Positions 31,456 to 41,005 of a DNA stretch of 64,000 bases are shown here, one piece after another. Below the pieces are notes generated by a model. The model made no database searches. It was given only the letters and a program-made list of their open reading frames with translations, and was not told the DNA's origin. Position numbers and translations under genes: made by a program. This DNA comes from an uncultured Candidatus Saccharibacteria bacterium (GTDB lineage: Bacteria; Patescibacteriota; Saccharimonadia; Saccharimonadales; CAYLGV01), in the NCBI GenBank assembly GCA_964394925.1, contig CAYMZG010000001.1:3656-67655 (forward strand), given 5' to 3'. How positions within the stretch are numbered: the stretch's first letter is position 1; each line of letters begins with the position of its first letter.

Positions 31456-31848
31456 TTAATTATTCTCGCGTACTTTTTGGAGCGTTTTTCGGAACAAGAT
31501 GAGTGGCAAAATGATGTTCCCTAGTACAACGAAGATCCACACCATGAGCGTCGCCAAGATCCACGTAGATAGACCTTGTATACTAATGCCATCAGAAAAA
31601 ATATTCGTTAAGATCAACCCGACAAGTGTGGTGACCAACGCAATGCCGCCCATTAAATAGCTAGCATGACGCAGGGCAAGCTTGGCAATGAATGGGCCCA
31701 GCAGTGTAGTGCTAAGTGCAAAAATAACCACGGCCATTAAAAATGCCACTCCGTTAATCGAGAAACCATCGAGAATCACCGCCGCGGCAGCCAGACCAAC
31801 TGCGTCGGCCAGTAAGCTAATGATGAGTCGAGCTAATAAACGTATCAT
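31456..31848 (-). CDS. 4-TM membrane protein of the phage-holin-4-like (YvlD/PF04020-type) family
   Basis: MIRLLARLIISLLADAVGLAAAAVILDGFSINGVAFLMAVVIFAL...NIILPLILFRK matches the family pattern as recalled. Confidence 0.5.
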   Translation of the reverse strand: MIRLLARLIISLLADAVGLAAAAVILDGFSINGVAFLMAVVIFALSTTLLGPFIAKLALRHASYLMGGIALVTTLVGLILTNIFSDGISIQGLSTWILATLMVWIFVVLGNIILPLILFRKTLQKVRENN

Positions 31849-31935
31849 AAGCCTATTGTACTAAACATTGCGCCGACACACCTAGCTTTATAATTGACAC
31901 TGGCAGAATGGCACGACAAGCGTTACAGTAACAGT

Positions 31936-32337
31936 ATGAAATTACATGGCAAGCACCTTGCAGGTATCGTGGTCGCTACGGCATGGATCGGCGCCTCTGA
32001 ATTCCTGCGTAATCAGATTGTCTTTAACTCTTATTGGACAGATCACTACCGTAAACTTGGTCTTACTTTTCCGAGCGCGCCCATACATGGTGCAGTTTGG
32101 GGTGTGTGGTCATTGGCTTTAGCTGTGATTCTGTATGTACTTACACAGAAATTTTCATTTTGGCAAACGGTCTTCCTCGGGTGGGTTAACGGGTTTGTGC
32201 TCATGTGGCTGGTAATTGGTAATTTGGGCGTACTACCCTTTTCGCTGCTTTGGTTTGCAGTTCCTTGGAGCTTATTAGAGGTTACTGGTGCGGTCTGGTT
32301 GTTATCTCGCTTTAAACCTGCCCCAAAAACTACATAG
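31936..32337 (+). CDS. hypothetical 4-TM membrane protein
   Basis: The track ORF starts at TTG 31894; the first ATG at 31936 gives MKLHGKHLAGIVVATAWIGA... Confidence 0.45.
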   Translation: MKLHGKHLAGIVVATAWIGASEFLRNQIVFNSYWTDHYRKLGLTFPSAPIHGAVWGVWSLALAVILYVLTQKFSFWQTVFLGWVNGFVLMWLVIGNLGVLPFSLLWFAVPWSLLEVTGAVWLLSRFKPAPKTT

Positions 32338-32416
32338 CCGATTAGCAGGTCATTGATGACATCTCCGACCTGTATCAGCTATACTGATAACTACATAATT
32401 AACACATGGAGGATTC

Positions 32417-32824
32417 ATGCGCGGACCAATTGACTATATCGTTGTCGGCTTCGAAGGCAACAAGTTTGACGGCAGCATACTAAAAGCCCTGACAGACGCC
32501 ATTGACAAGGGCGTGATTGCCCTGGTGGCTTTATCGATGATTGTAAAAGACGCAGACGGCAACGTTTCAACCCTTGATATAGCCGAGGCCGGCGATGCCT
32601 ACATTACAGAGTTTACGCAGCAATATGCAGCTAACGCTAAACCGGTTGAACAAGACGACATCGATGAAGTAGCTGATCTTATTGAGAATAACTGTAGCGC
32701 CGGTTTGCTGGTTGTTGAACAGCTATGGGCAAAACCACTTAAAGAAGCTCTTATTAATGCGAATGGCGTTCTGCTAGCCGAGGGTCGTATTCACCCAGAA
32801 GCTGCTCAGGAATTAGAAGGATAA
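32417..32824 (+). CDS. DUF6325-like protein, paralog B
   Basis: GGAGG SD. MRGPIDYIVVGFEGNKFDGSIL...LVVEQLWAKPLKEALINANGVLLAEGRIHP. Roughly half the residues are identical to paralog A by eye. Confidence 0.55.
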   Translation: MRGPIDYIVVGFEGNKFDGSILKALTDAIDKGVIALVALSMIVKDADGNVSTLDIAEAGDAYITEFTQQYAANAKPVEQDDIDEVADLIENNCSAGLLVVEQLWAKPLKEALINANGVLLAEGRIHPEAAQELEG

Positions 32825-32833
32825 GGAGGAAAT

Positions 32834-33112
32834 ATGCCAGGATTATTACGAGGTGTTGCACGAACGGCAGTTATCGCCGGAACTGCAACCGCTGTTTCAA
32901 ACAATGTAAGTCGTCGCCAGGCTAACCGCTGGTCACAGCAAGCTGAAGCCCAGCAATACGAACAAGAGCAGATGCAACCTCAAGAAGCACCAGCTCCCGC
33001 TCCAGCGGCCGACCCTTACGCTGAGCTCGAGAAACTCGGCCAGCTAAAGACTGACGGACTCATAACACAAGAAGAGTTTGATGCGAAGAAGCGACAGCTC
33101 CTCGGACTGTAA
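32834..33112 (+). CDS. SHOCT-domain protein
   Basis: AGGAGG SD. The C-terminus ELEKLGQLKTDGLITQEEFDAKKRQLLGL is a SHOCT (PF09851) motif. Confidence 0.7.
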   Translation: MPGLLRGVARTAVIAGTATAVSNNVSRRQANRWSQQAEAQQYEQEQMQPQEAPAPAPAADPYAELEKLGQLKTDGLITQEEFDAKKRQLLGL

Positions 33113-33133
33113 ACAACTTTCTCAACCTTGACC

Positions 33134-33163
33134 AAAAAACCACACCTAAGCGTGTGGTTTTTT
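33134..33163. terminator. bidirectional rho-independent terminator
   Basis: AAAAAA-CCACAC-ctaagc-GTGTGG-TTTTTT, a perfect stem. It overlaps the last codons of the convergent gene 33146..33985. Confidence 0.8.
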
Positions 33164-33985
33164 AATGTGTACGAATGGCATACCTCCGTCGGTTTCAATA
33201 AGGTCGCCACCACCGTTTCTATCATGATAGGCCGATGAGAAGTTCTCTCTCATGTCGACCCGTTCTACATAGCCAGTGGGACGTAACGTACGTATAACGT
33301 GATCGCGTTCTTTGTCGATATCGGCTTCGATCTTGTGCGTGATCTGAAACGTAAAGGCCGAGAAGCCAACACGACGATCATAGGTGGCAGCCGCTAACCA
33401 GTCAGCCTTAAAGCCACCCGGCAGGTACCAGCCTCTTGGCGATTTCCAAAACCGAATGTGGTGCCGTTTTGAAGTTGTATTACCAACTTCCTGCTGAAAG
33501 GCAAACGCCTGCTTATCGCCAAACAAGAATAACGAGCTGACGGGCGCATGAGGATAACTCTTACGAGATAGTGAGCGAGTGATCATTTTAAAGGTAGATT
33601 TCCAATTGAGATCATCAGCCCGCATCCAGCCGGCGGACTGCATAGCCTGCAAAACATCTCGTTTGGTCCCATAAAATGCCAGGTTTACTGGGTCGCCAAG
33701 CAGACCATCGCCTGTTCGCGTACGGCCAATGTAATAGTCTGGCAAATATAGTTTGGTCAGTCGGCGATGGATTCTTGGAATGGTAAAGTATGACAATACA
33801 AACCAGATGCCCGCGACCCCCCAGATAATGCCATGATGGCGCCCAAACGTGAGGCCGTAAATGATCGTAATCAAGAGGAGTGTAACGTAGATAAGCAAAA
33901 TAATCATGAAGGCCCCCTTGGCAACGGCAAAGGTATGGCGAAGTTTTGACACAGATCGACGCCGCTTGGCCACGGGGCGCATCAT
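33146..33985 (-). CDS. LssY C-terminal domain-containing membrane protein
   Basis: Two N-terminal TM helices, then DPVNLAFYGTKRDVLQAMQSAGWMRAD...PVSSLFLFGDKQAFAFQQEV...KRHHIRFW...AATYDRRVGF...QITHKIEADIDKERD, matching LssY_C (PF14067) as recalled. Confidence 0.6.
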   Translation of the reverse strand: MMRPVAKRRRSVSKLRHTFAVAKGAFMIILLIYVTLLLITIIYGLTFGRHHGIIWGVAGIWFVLSYFTIPRIHRRLTKLYLPDYYIGRTRTGDGLLGDPVNLAFYGTKRDVLQAMQSAGWMRADDLNWKSTFKMITRSLSRKSYPHAPVSSLFLFGDKQAFAFQQEVGNTTSKRHHIRFWKSPRGWYLPGGFKADWLAAATYDRRVGFSAFTFQITHKIEADIDKERDHVIRTLRPTGYVERVDMRENFSSAYHDRNGGGDLIETDGGMPFVHIKKPHA

Positions 33986-34737
33986 GCTCGCCCACCAAAC
34001 GACAATATCGCCACCCCTACCACAGCAGCAAACGTAGCAAGGTACAATGCTAGAATCATCAATGCTTCCCAGGGTTGTTGCTTGCGCTCAGACTTGTTTA
34101 GTTTGCCGCCTTGAGCCATCAAACTCAGGTCAAATAAAGCGTGAAGCGCGATTGGTAACCACAGCGTTCCAGAAACGATCAGTGCGATGTAAAATACCAA
34201 ACCCATGATGCTCGTGAGCAGCACTTGTAGCCGTGTGGTTTTGCCGTCCTGACCGTTGAAGTAATTTATGCTGTGTAAAAGACCGAAGACAACCGACGAT
34301 ACCAGCATAATAATCAGGCTCGAAGCACCAGTGCGCTGTACAAAATAAACCAGCACACCCCGAGTCAGCAATTCCTCTGAGAAACCCACCAACAGCGCAC
34401 TTACAATCAGATACACGATACTCCTCACGCTGAACGCTGACCAACGCGCGAACCAGAAGCGGGCTACACTCGACACCGCCACTATAATTGGTACGATCCA
34501 CATCCATCCGTAGTGTGCTGTTTGACTTGGATGAAAAACGTTTGGCAGCCAGCCACCAAGTACTGTCACAAGCAGAAGGATTGATGCCATAAAGCCGACC
34601 GGCGCCAACAAACCACGCTTGATATTGTCTTCGCTCTCGAGAATATCGGTATATTTCACACCAAGATGATGAGAAAGCGCAAATAGACCAGCAGCATATA
34701 TAAAGCAGATTGCAATACCAACTAACGCGAACATCAT
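33982..34737 (-). CDS. CPBP-family intramembrane glutamic endopeptidase (CAAX protease/Abi)
   Basis: Motifs FSEELLTRGVL, FGLLHSIN and HALFDL in a polytopic protein. ATGA overlap with the downstream gene. Confidence 0.8.
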   Translation of the reverse strand: MMFALVGIAICFIYAAGLFALSHHLGVKYTDILESEDNIKRGLLAPVGFMASILLLVTVLGGWLPNVFHPSQTAHYGWMWIVPIIVAVSSVARFWFARWSAFSVRSIVYLIVSALLVGFSEELLTRGVLVYFVQRTGASSLIIMLVSSVVFGLLHSINYFNGQDGKTTRLQVLLTSIMGLVFYIALIVSGTLWLPIALHALFDLSLMAQGGKLNKSERKQQPWEALMILALYLATFAAVVGVAILSFGGRA

Positions 34738-34739
34738 AG

Positions 34740-37130
34740 TTATATGTATTCCTTCTTAGTAGCAAACTGGAACGCTATGAAACCAGGTAGGATGGGCAAC
34801 CAATAGGTTAGGAATCGATACAGTAACGCCACCGAGATGGCTTTTTCGGGGGTTAAGCCCGCACCAGTTAGGGCGGCCGCCAAACCTGCTTCAGCCCCAC
34901 CAATGCCACCCGGGGTTGGGGTGACTGATGCGGCCGCTACCCCAACGGTAAATACGACTATGGTTTGTAGTGGGGTTATGTGTTGGCCTAAAGCGAGAGC
35001 GCTCAAATAGAGTGCCCCGGCATACGACAGCGTGGTCAGAATGGATGCCGTATATGAACCGAGCAAACGGAACGGATACTGGCGGTAGTCGAATAACGTC
35101 GTACGAATTCCCTTAAGTATGCGTACCGCTTGGCGGCGGAATTTGTGTTTAGTGGTCATAAAAACAAACAGGGCAATCAGAACAAGCCCCACAACTGGCC
35201 AGACCCAAATCGGTATATGCAGCTTAAAATTAAATGCCTCTCGTATAGTAGTGCCACCGAATAGCACCAAAGCCAATAGAATGCTCATGTGCCCGACCAG
35301 TCCCATTAAGTTATTAATCCCCGCAATCGAGCCAGCTTGCGTGAGGCTATGGTGATTCTTCGTTAAAAAGCGTGTATTAACCGCCAGTCCACCAGCTCCG
35401 GCTGGTGCCAACTTACTGGCAAAGCTACTACCAAACTCTACAAGCAGCATGCGTGAATAAGCGATCGGATACAGTGCGAGCGAGCGGTACGACAAGGCCG
35501 CCATTACATAGGTCAGGAATGAACAGAACGTAGCCAGGGCTATGTAATGTGGTTTACCTTCAAGGATTGTTTTAAATGAAGTACTGAGGTCGTTACGCTG
35601 CCGCATGATAAAGATGAGCCCCAGTGTCACGGCCAGAATCATGAGCAGACTCCGCAAACTAATGCGCAAAATATTGATCGGTTTCTCTTTCTTGAGCTTA
35701 GCTTCCGTGATAATCGTGTTACGCAGCTCGCCTAATAATCCTTTCTGTTTCTTCAGCGCTTTACTGCTAGCAGAAGATAATACCGCGTAGCTCAGGTAGC
35801 GACTGGTCATTTCCAGTTCTTCCTTGGTCAAGACCTTCATGGCCGCACGCACGGCGCGCCGACAGCCCACTAAAGTTGCAGATGATGCGATCAGCTCAGC
35901 TCGGTCACGGTTTTTGGCCTCCTCGGATAATCCAGCTTCGGAGAATCCAAAGTCAATCAGCCACGGCTTGCTGTCTTGATCGAGAAAGACATTGGCGCAG
36001 CGCAGATCGCGATGCACAATGTGCGCTTGGTGCAGTAGTGCCACCTGCTTCCAGACCTCCACGAGAACCTGGTCTGTAACCTGGCTGGGCTCGACCCGAT
36101 CAAGTGATTTGCCAGGAATCATATCCTGGGCATGCGCCCACTCATTTGGTGCAACCTCAACAATGCCCCGAACTTTTGGTGTGCGTACACCGGCATCATA
36201 TGCCAAATACGAGATATATGCCTCATGCTCCAGCTGCCGTTTTGGTGTTAAGAATGGTGTTTCGTCTTCGAGACGACGATAGACTACCTTACGCCAGGCC
36301 TTAAAAAGCCAGTCAGCAATATTGTTATCACGGCCAACAACCTTAACAAATACCTTATTGTCGTTATCGAGTGTTACAAAATACGGTACCGAACCACGGG
36401 CATCCACACTCGCCAGCTTCACCGATCGTGCAGGTATGCCAATGCTGCGTAGTTTTTTGCGTATCTTGGTCACCGGTATGGCAGCGTTCTTTTTGCTACC
36501 AAACACAAAGTTGAATAAACCACCATAAAACAGACCAATCGCAAATCCGCCAACCAGATCCATTGGCAAATGTACACCCAAATACAGACGCGAGACACAA
36601 ACCATAATGGCAAGGAGCGTTATAAATTTATGCCAGCGCTTGGGGAGATAGATATAGGCCATCATGGCCAGTACTGTTGCCACTGCGGCATGACCTGATG
36701 GAAACCCATAGGTTCCAATAGAATTATTCTCGCGGACCTGCACATTTTGCAGGAACACATATGGCCGAGCACGAATGTCTAATAGCTTTAAGCCGTAGGC
36801 TGTGTAATATGAAGCAAGGCTTGCCAGGGCAATTTTTAACGCAGTTGCGTAATGTCTTCGTACAGCAACAACAACAGATATGATCAATGCAAAACCGATG
36901 GTACCAAAGATGCTGAACAAGCCAAATAGCACCAAGAAATGGCTGCTCAGTGCATTGATGGTACGAAAAATATTCTGCTCCAATATGCTCGTTCCACTGC
37001 CAGCAATTGCCATAGATACCAAAAAGATTGGCACAGCAATGATGGAATACAGCAGATATATTGGGTTACGGTAGGCCTTGTAGCGCTCTTTCAAGCCACG
37101 TTGTACACTTCGCTCCATATTACTGTTCAT
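34740..37130 (-). CDS. triple-fusion membrane protein: PAP2 phosphatase + protein-kinase-like domain + flippase-like (LPG_synthase_TM/UPF0104) domain
   Basis: PAP2 motifs KLLDIRARP, FPSGH, SRLYLGVHLPMD. Kinase motifs FVKVV, HRDLRCANVFL, LIDFGFSE. C-terminal multi-TM region with TPTPGGIGGAEAGL...LLYRFLTYWLP. Confidence 0.7.
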   Translation of the reverse strand: MNSNMERSVQRGLKERYKAYRNPIYLLYSIIAVPIFLVSMAIAGSGTSILEQNIFRTINALSSHFLVLFGLFSIFGTIGFALIISVVVAVRRHYATALKIALASLASYYTAYGLKLLDIRARPYVFLQNVQVRENNSIGTYGFPSGHAAVATVLAMMAYIYLPKRWHKFITLLAIMVCVSRLYLGVHLPMDLVGGFAIGLFYGGLFNFVFGSKKNAAIPVTKIRKKLRSIGIPARSVKLASVDARGSVPYFVTLDNDNKVFVKVVGRDNNIADWLFKAWRKVVYRRLEDETPFLTPKRQLEHEAYISYLAYDAGVRTPKVRGIVEVAPNEWAHAQDMIPGKSLDRVEPSQVTDQVLVEVWKQVALLHQAHIVHRDLRCANVFLDQDSKPWLIDFGFSEAGLSEEAKNRDRAELIASSATLVGCRRAVRAAMKVLTKEELEMTSRYLSYAVLSSASSKALKKQKGLLGELRNTIITEAKLKKEKPINILRISLRSLLMILAVTLGLIFIMRQRNDLSTSFKTILEGKPHYIALATFCSFLTYVMAALSYRSLALYPIAYSRMLLVEFGSSFASKLAPAGAGGLAVNTRFLTKNHHSLTQAGSIAGINNLMGLVGHMSILLALVLFGGTTIREAFNFKLHIPIWVWPVVGLVLIALFVFMTTKHKFRRQAVRILKGIRTTLFDYRQYPFRLLGSYTASILTTLSYAGALYLSALALGQHITPLQTIVVFTVGVAAASVTPTPGGIGGAEAGLAAALTGAGLTPEKAISVALLYRFLTYWLPILPGFIAFQFATKKEYI

Positions 37131-37178
37131 TTTACAGATTACGTACAGATACGCAATTAAAGCAGTGTGTGAAACTTT

Positions 37179-38579
37179 TCACTTCTGGGGTAGCCATTGC
37201 TGCATGTACATGTCTATGTCAAATTTTCGCCGTAGTCCTGCTTCGTTCATATAGCGTATTTTTCCAAAGATTGGGCGCTCGAACCATGGTCGATCATGCA
37301 AACCGGCAATCGACCACAGTATGCCCACGTAGCCGTTTGGGTCACCACCGTCGAGCGAATACCTGTCATTGAGCTCTATGGCGATACCCAGTGCATCCTC
37401 AGGTGTTTGCGACCATTCAAGTATCTTCTTCGCCCAGTACATTCGCATATAGCCATGCATCTTGCCGGTTTTGGTCAGTTGCAGTTGTGCAGCGTTCCAT
37501 GCCTCATCATGTGTCTGAGCATGCTCTAGTTGTTCTTTTGTGTAGTAAAACTCCCGCGGATCTGTGGCGTGATCGGCCAGGGTTTGTACTGCCCAGTTCG
37601 GGGCATCGGCGAGCGTCGTATAGCCTGGGCCGTAATAACAAAAATTATCTGCGAGTTCCTTTCGAACAATCAATTCTTCAAATAGTGCGTACATACCCGC
37701 CTGAACGCTAGGGGTTTCTTTGGCAATCGGCATACGCGCTTCTTCAAACAAGAGCGGTAATGTCCCGACAGCTTTTTGTATTTCCAGGGCAACACGCAAG
37801 CTCGACAGCTGGCCAAAATGAAGATATGGGCTGAGATCACTTTGCATATCAACGGTAGGGTTGTTGCGCTGGTGGGCGTAGTACGGCAAGCGTTTCGTAA
37901 TAAAGTTCGAGAGCTGCCTACTGGCAGCCGTCTCACCAGCCGTAAATCCATGCTGTATGCCACTGGCTGCTATGCCATGAAGGGCTGAACGTGCTTCCGC
38001 TACATCGATACCATAAACAGGCAGATTAGGTTTTTCTTGTAGCACGGGCGCCTCAGGAGAAACCATAAACTTCTCGAGTTTAGTGTGCAACTTATGTCGA
38101 ATGGTGTGAGCGGCAAACTCTTGTTTATCAGAGGTTTCCCAAACCGGCACGATATTATGTGTATCAACAATGAAAACCTGCGGCATGGTTTGGGCAATAA
38201 CTGATGGTAACGATCGTGGTCCAGAAAGCGGCGAAAAGTCGAAGTACAAGCGAGCTGGCTGTAAGGCACGGCACACATTAAGCAGTTCTTGTCGAGCATT
38301 GCCGTGTGTAATTACAAAGGGTATGCGCAGCCGTGATAGCGATACCGACACCTCAGCAAAGCCATCGAGCATGAATGTAAAATGTTCACGGCTACGCCAG
38401 CCAGAGCGCTCAAGCATATTAAAGTGAACAACCAGCGGAACATTGAGCTGGCGCGCATGCGCTTGTGCTGCTAATAACGCATGATTATCGTGAACTCGTT
38501 GATCGCGGCTCATAACATATATGACGCATCTACCCGTGGCCACATCATTGCGAATCACCCGCACTCGTCGTTGGTCCAT
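37179..38579 (-). CDS. phr: deoxyribodipyrimidine photolyase, class II CPD type
   Basis: VIYVMSRDQRVHDNHALL N-terminus and GKMHGYMRMYWAKKILEW...LNDRYSLDGGDPNGYVGILWSIAGLHDRPWFERPIFGKIRYMN, as in class II photolyases. Confidence 0.85.
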   Translation of the reverse strand: MDQRRVRVIRNDVATGRCVIYVMSRDQRVHDNHALLAAQAHARQLNVPLVVHFNMLERSGWRSREHFTFMLDGFAEVSVSLSRLRIPFVITHGNARQELLNVCRALQPARLYFDFSPLSGPRSLPSVIAQTMPQVFIVDTHNIVPVWETSDKQEFAAHTIRHKLHTKLEKFMVSPEAPVLQEKPNLPVYGIDVAEARSALHGIAASGIQHGFTAGETAASRQLSNFITKRLPYYAHQRNNPTVDMQSDLSPYLHFGQLSSLRVALEIQKAVGTLPLLFEEARMPIAKETPSVQAGMYALFEELIVRKELADNFCYYGPGYTTLADAPNWAVQTLADHATDPREFYYTKEQLEHAQTHDEAWNAAQLQLTKTGKMHGYMRMYWAKKILEWSQTPEDALGIAIELNDRYSLDGGDPNGYVGILWSIAGLHDRPWFERPIFGKIRYMNEAGLRRKFDIDMYMQQWLPQK

Positions 38580-38646
38580 GGCTTCATGGTACCATGGCGC
38601 TTAAAAAGCATGAGCAGTTTGACCACAGCTATGATAGAGTGAAATC

Positions 38647-39198
38647 ATGAAGAAACAAGCCTCACTGCTCCAGATTAGGCTCTTGGGTGTAGCGCGCGCT
38701 CACTTTTGGTATATCGGCTTCATTGCCATTTCGATTGTGGCTTTCGACAGTACACACTTAATTACTCGGGACAGTGTGCAAAAGCGCTGGACAAGCGCCG
38801 TATTGTTATTAGTCGCCACCACTCTGGTGTGGTATTTTGTGCGGCGAACAACTAAAACCGAGTCATATTATCGGATGCTCACCTACGCCCTGATTGTTGC
38901 CGACATCTTGTTTGCTGCCTATTTTGTATATCTTGACCGTGGTATGGCCAGCCGGAATGTATTACTTTTCGGCGTGCCGCTGGTGGTGGCCTCACTCCTT
39001 AATAGTCGTGCCGCTCTCTTTGCTACCGCCGCGCTATGTACGGCCGCCTACGTGTTTGCCGCCACTAAGTATTTCTATGACTATTTCAATGAAGGCTACA
39101 AAGCCGAACTGTATGGCGTTCTCTTCCTGTACTCGGCCTGTTTTTTTGTGTTTGCTGCCGTGCTTTGGGCGGTTATTCGTTACCAAAAATTATCCTAA
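38647..39198 (+). CDS. hypothetical polytopic membrane protein (5 TM)
   Basis: 183-aa hydrophobic ORF, divergent from phr. Confidence 0.5.
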   Translation: MKKQASLLQIRLLGVARAHFWYIGFIAISIVAFDSTHLITRDSVQKRWTSAVLLLVATTLVWYFVRRTTKTESYYRMLTYALIVADILFAAYFVYLDRGMASRNVLLFGVPLVVASLLNSRAALFATAALCTAAYVFAATKYFYDYFNEGYKAELYGVLFLYSACFFVFAAVLWAVIRYQKLS

Positions 39199-39261
39199 CC
39201 GCACGTTTCTTATGCACACTCAGCCTTCCCTCAGCTATGGTTCGGTATTATACTAAGTACT

Positions 39262-39942
39262 ATGAGAATATTAGTTGTTGAGGACGAACATAAAATTGCC
39301 AACGCTATTAAGCGTGGCTTAGAACAAGAAGCGTATGCCGTAGACGTATCGTACGACGGCGATGATGGTCGCGGCATGGCCACCACAGAACCATATGATT
39401 TGGTTATTTTGGATCGTATGCTGCCTGGTAATTACGACGGTATTACAATTCTGCAAGAAATGCGTAGTGAAGGCATTCATACGCCCGTGCTACTATTAAC
39501 CGCCAAGGACAGCGTGCGTGACCGCGTACAGGGCCTGGATAGTGGCGCTGATGATTATCTCGTTAAGCCCTTTGCCTTTGAAGAGTTATTGGCACGTGTC
39601 CGTGCTCTGTTGCGCCGACCACAGGACCAGACCGAAACGATTCTAAAGCATGGTGACCTCGAACTTGATCCAGCAAACTTTAGTGTAAAACGCGGCAATA
39701 CGCCTATCATGTTGACCCACAAAGAGTTTGGGCTACTCGAGTACTTTATGCGCAATCCTGGTCGTTTACTTACCAAAGACATGATCACACAACACGTTTG
39801 GGACTACGATGCCGATATTTTGCCTAATACTGTCGAGGTGTACGTTGGCTACTTGCGCAATAAAGTTGAAAAACCATTTAAAGGCAAACCGCTCATCAAA
39901 ACCCGTCGCGGCTTTGGTTATATGTTTGGCGAACCCGCCTGA
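39262..39942 (+). CDS. OmpR/PhoB-family response regulator
   Basis: Receiver (ILVVEDE...LVILDRMLPG...LLLTAKD) plus winged helix (LTHKEFGLLEYFMRNPGRLLTKD...VEVYVGYLRNKV). Confidence 0.9.
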   Translation: MRILVVEDEHKIANAIKRGLEQEAYAVDVSYDGDDGRGMATTEPYDLVILDRMLPGNYDGITILQEMRSEGIHTPVLLLTAKDSVRDRVQGLDSGADDYLVKPFAFEELLARVRALLRRPQDQTETILKHGDLELDPANFSVKRGNTPIMLTHKEFGLLEYFMRNPGRLLTKDMITQHVWDYDADILPNTVEVYVGYLRNKVEKPFKGKPLIKTRRGFGYMFGEPA

Positions 39943-39954
39943 GATTAAGGCCAC

Positions 39955-40971
39955 ATGTTTCGATCTGCCCTTCTCAAACTGACCGGTGTATACCTGTTTA
40001 TTTTAATGGCAGTGAGTATTGCATTTAGTTTTAACCTATACCGCGTTTCCACGGGCGAAGTCGGCAACCGGCTGCGTCGTCAGGCTGACTTCTTCACGCG
40101 CGACTCTGACTTTGCATATAACCTCCCTGATCTATCGCCTTACGAACGTGAGAGGATTGCCGAGCTGCAGGCCAGCCGACGCCATGTTATAGCAGAACTC
40201 GTCTACGCTAATATCTTCATTCTGCTTGTTGGCGGACTTGGTAGCTATGCACTAGCCCGTATCACCCTACGACCAATTGAAGAAGCCCACGCTGCTCAAG
40301 CCCGTTTCACAGCTGATGCCAGTCATGAGCTGCGGACTCCACTGGCTGCCATGCGCGCCGAAACTGAAGTAGCCTTACGTGACCCAAACTTGAGCCTTGA
40401 GGAAGCACGCGAACTTATGTCAAGTAACCTTGAGGAATTGTCACGCCTGAGTGATCTCAGCGAGGGGCTACTACAGCTCGCCCGTGGCGATGTTGATGAT
40501 GCGGTTCGTGAGCCCGTCGCCGTGACTGACCTAGTGCAGTTGGCTGTAGAGCACGTTAATAGCACTGCTTCGCAGAAGAAAATCACCGTCAAAACTGGTA
40601 AGTTAGCAACTGTCGATGTGCTTGGTGATGGTCGCCAGCTTAAGCAAGCGGTTGTCATATTGCTCGACAATGCCATAAAATACAGTACCCCAAAGACAAC
40701 CATTACCGTCAAAGCAAACAAAAAAGATAACAATGTTTGTATTAGTGTTTCTGATCAGGGGCAAGGCATTAATGCCGAAGACCTGCCTTATGTGTTTGAT
40801 CGCTTCTACCGCGCCGACACCGCGCGTAGCCAGGCTAATGTCGGCGGCCACGGCCTCGGCCTGGCCATTGCCAAGCAGGTAGTTGCTCAACACAATGGTA
40901 CAATCGGTGTCAACAGCCAGCCAAGCAAAGGCTCAACCTTTACGATTACTTTGCCTATTTATTCCGCTTAA
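39955..40971 (+). CDS. sensor histidine kinase (2 TM, HisKA, HATPase_c)
   Basis: H-box FTADASHELRTPLAAM, N-box LLDNAIKYS, G-boxes DQGQGI and GGHGLGLAIAK. Confidence 0.9.
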   Translation: MFRSALLKLTGVYLFILMAVSIAFSFNLYRVSTGEVGNRLRRQADFFTRDSDFAYNLPDLSPYERERIAELQASRRHVIAELVYANIFILLVGGLGSYALARITLRPIEEAHAAQARFTADASHELRTPLAAMRAETEVALRDPNLSLEEARELMSSNLEELSRLSDLSEGLLQLARGDVDDAVREPVAVTDLVQLAVEHVNSTASQKKITVKTGKLATVDVLGDGRQLKQAVVILLDNAIKYSTPKTTITVKANKKDNNVCISVSDQGQGINAEDLPYVFDRFYRADTARSQANVGGHGLGLAIAKQVVAQHNGTIGVNSQPSKGSTFTITLPIYSA

Positions 40972-41005
40972 GCATATTTTTGCTACACTGTAGGCATAGG
41001 TAGCT

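Noticed and set aside
34130-34765. 211-aa ORF overlapping the CPBP protease gene in another frame
   Set aside because: It is Cys/Arg/Trp-rich and contains no motifs. The CPBP frame carries all three family motifs and couples to both neighbours.
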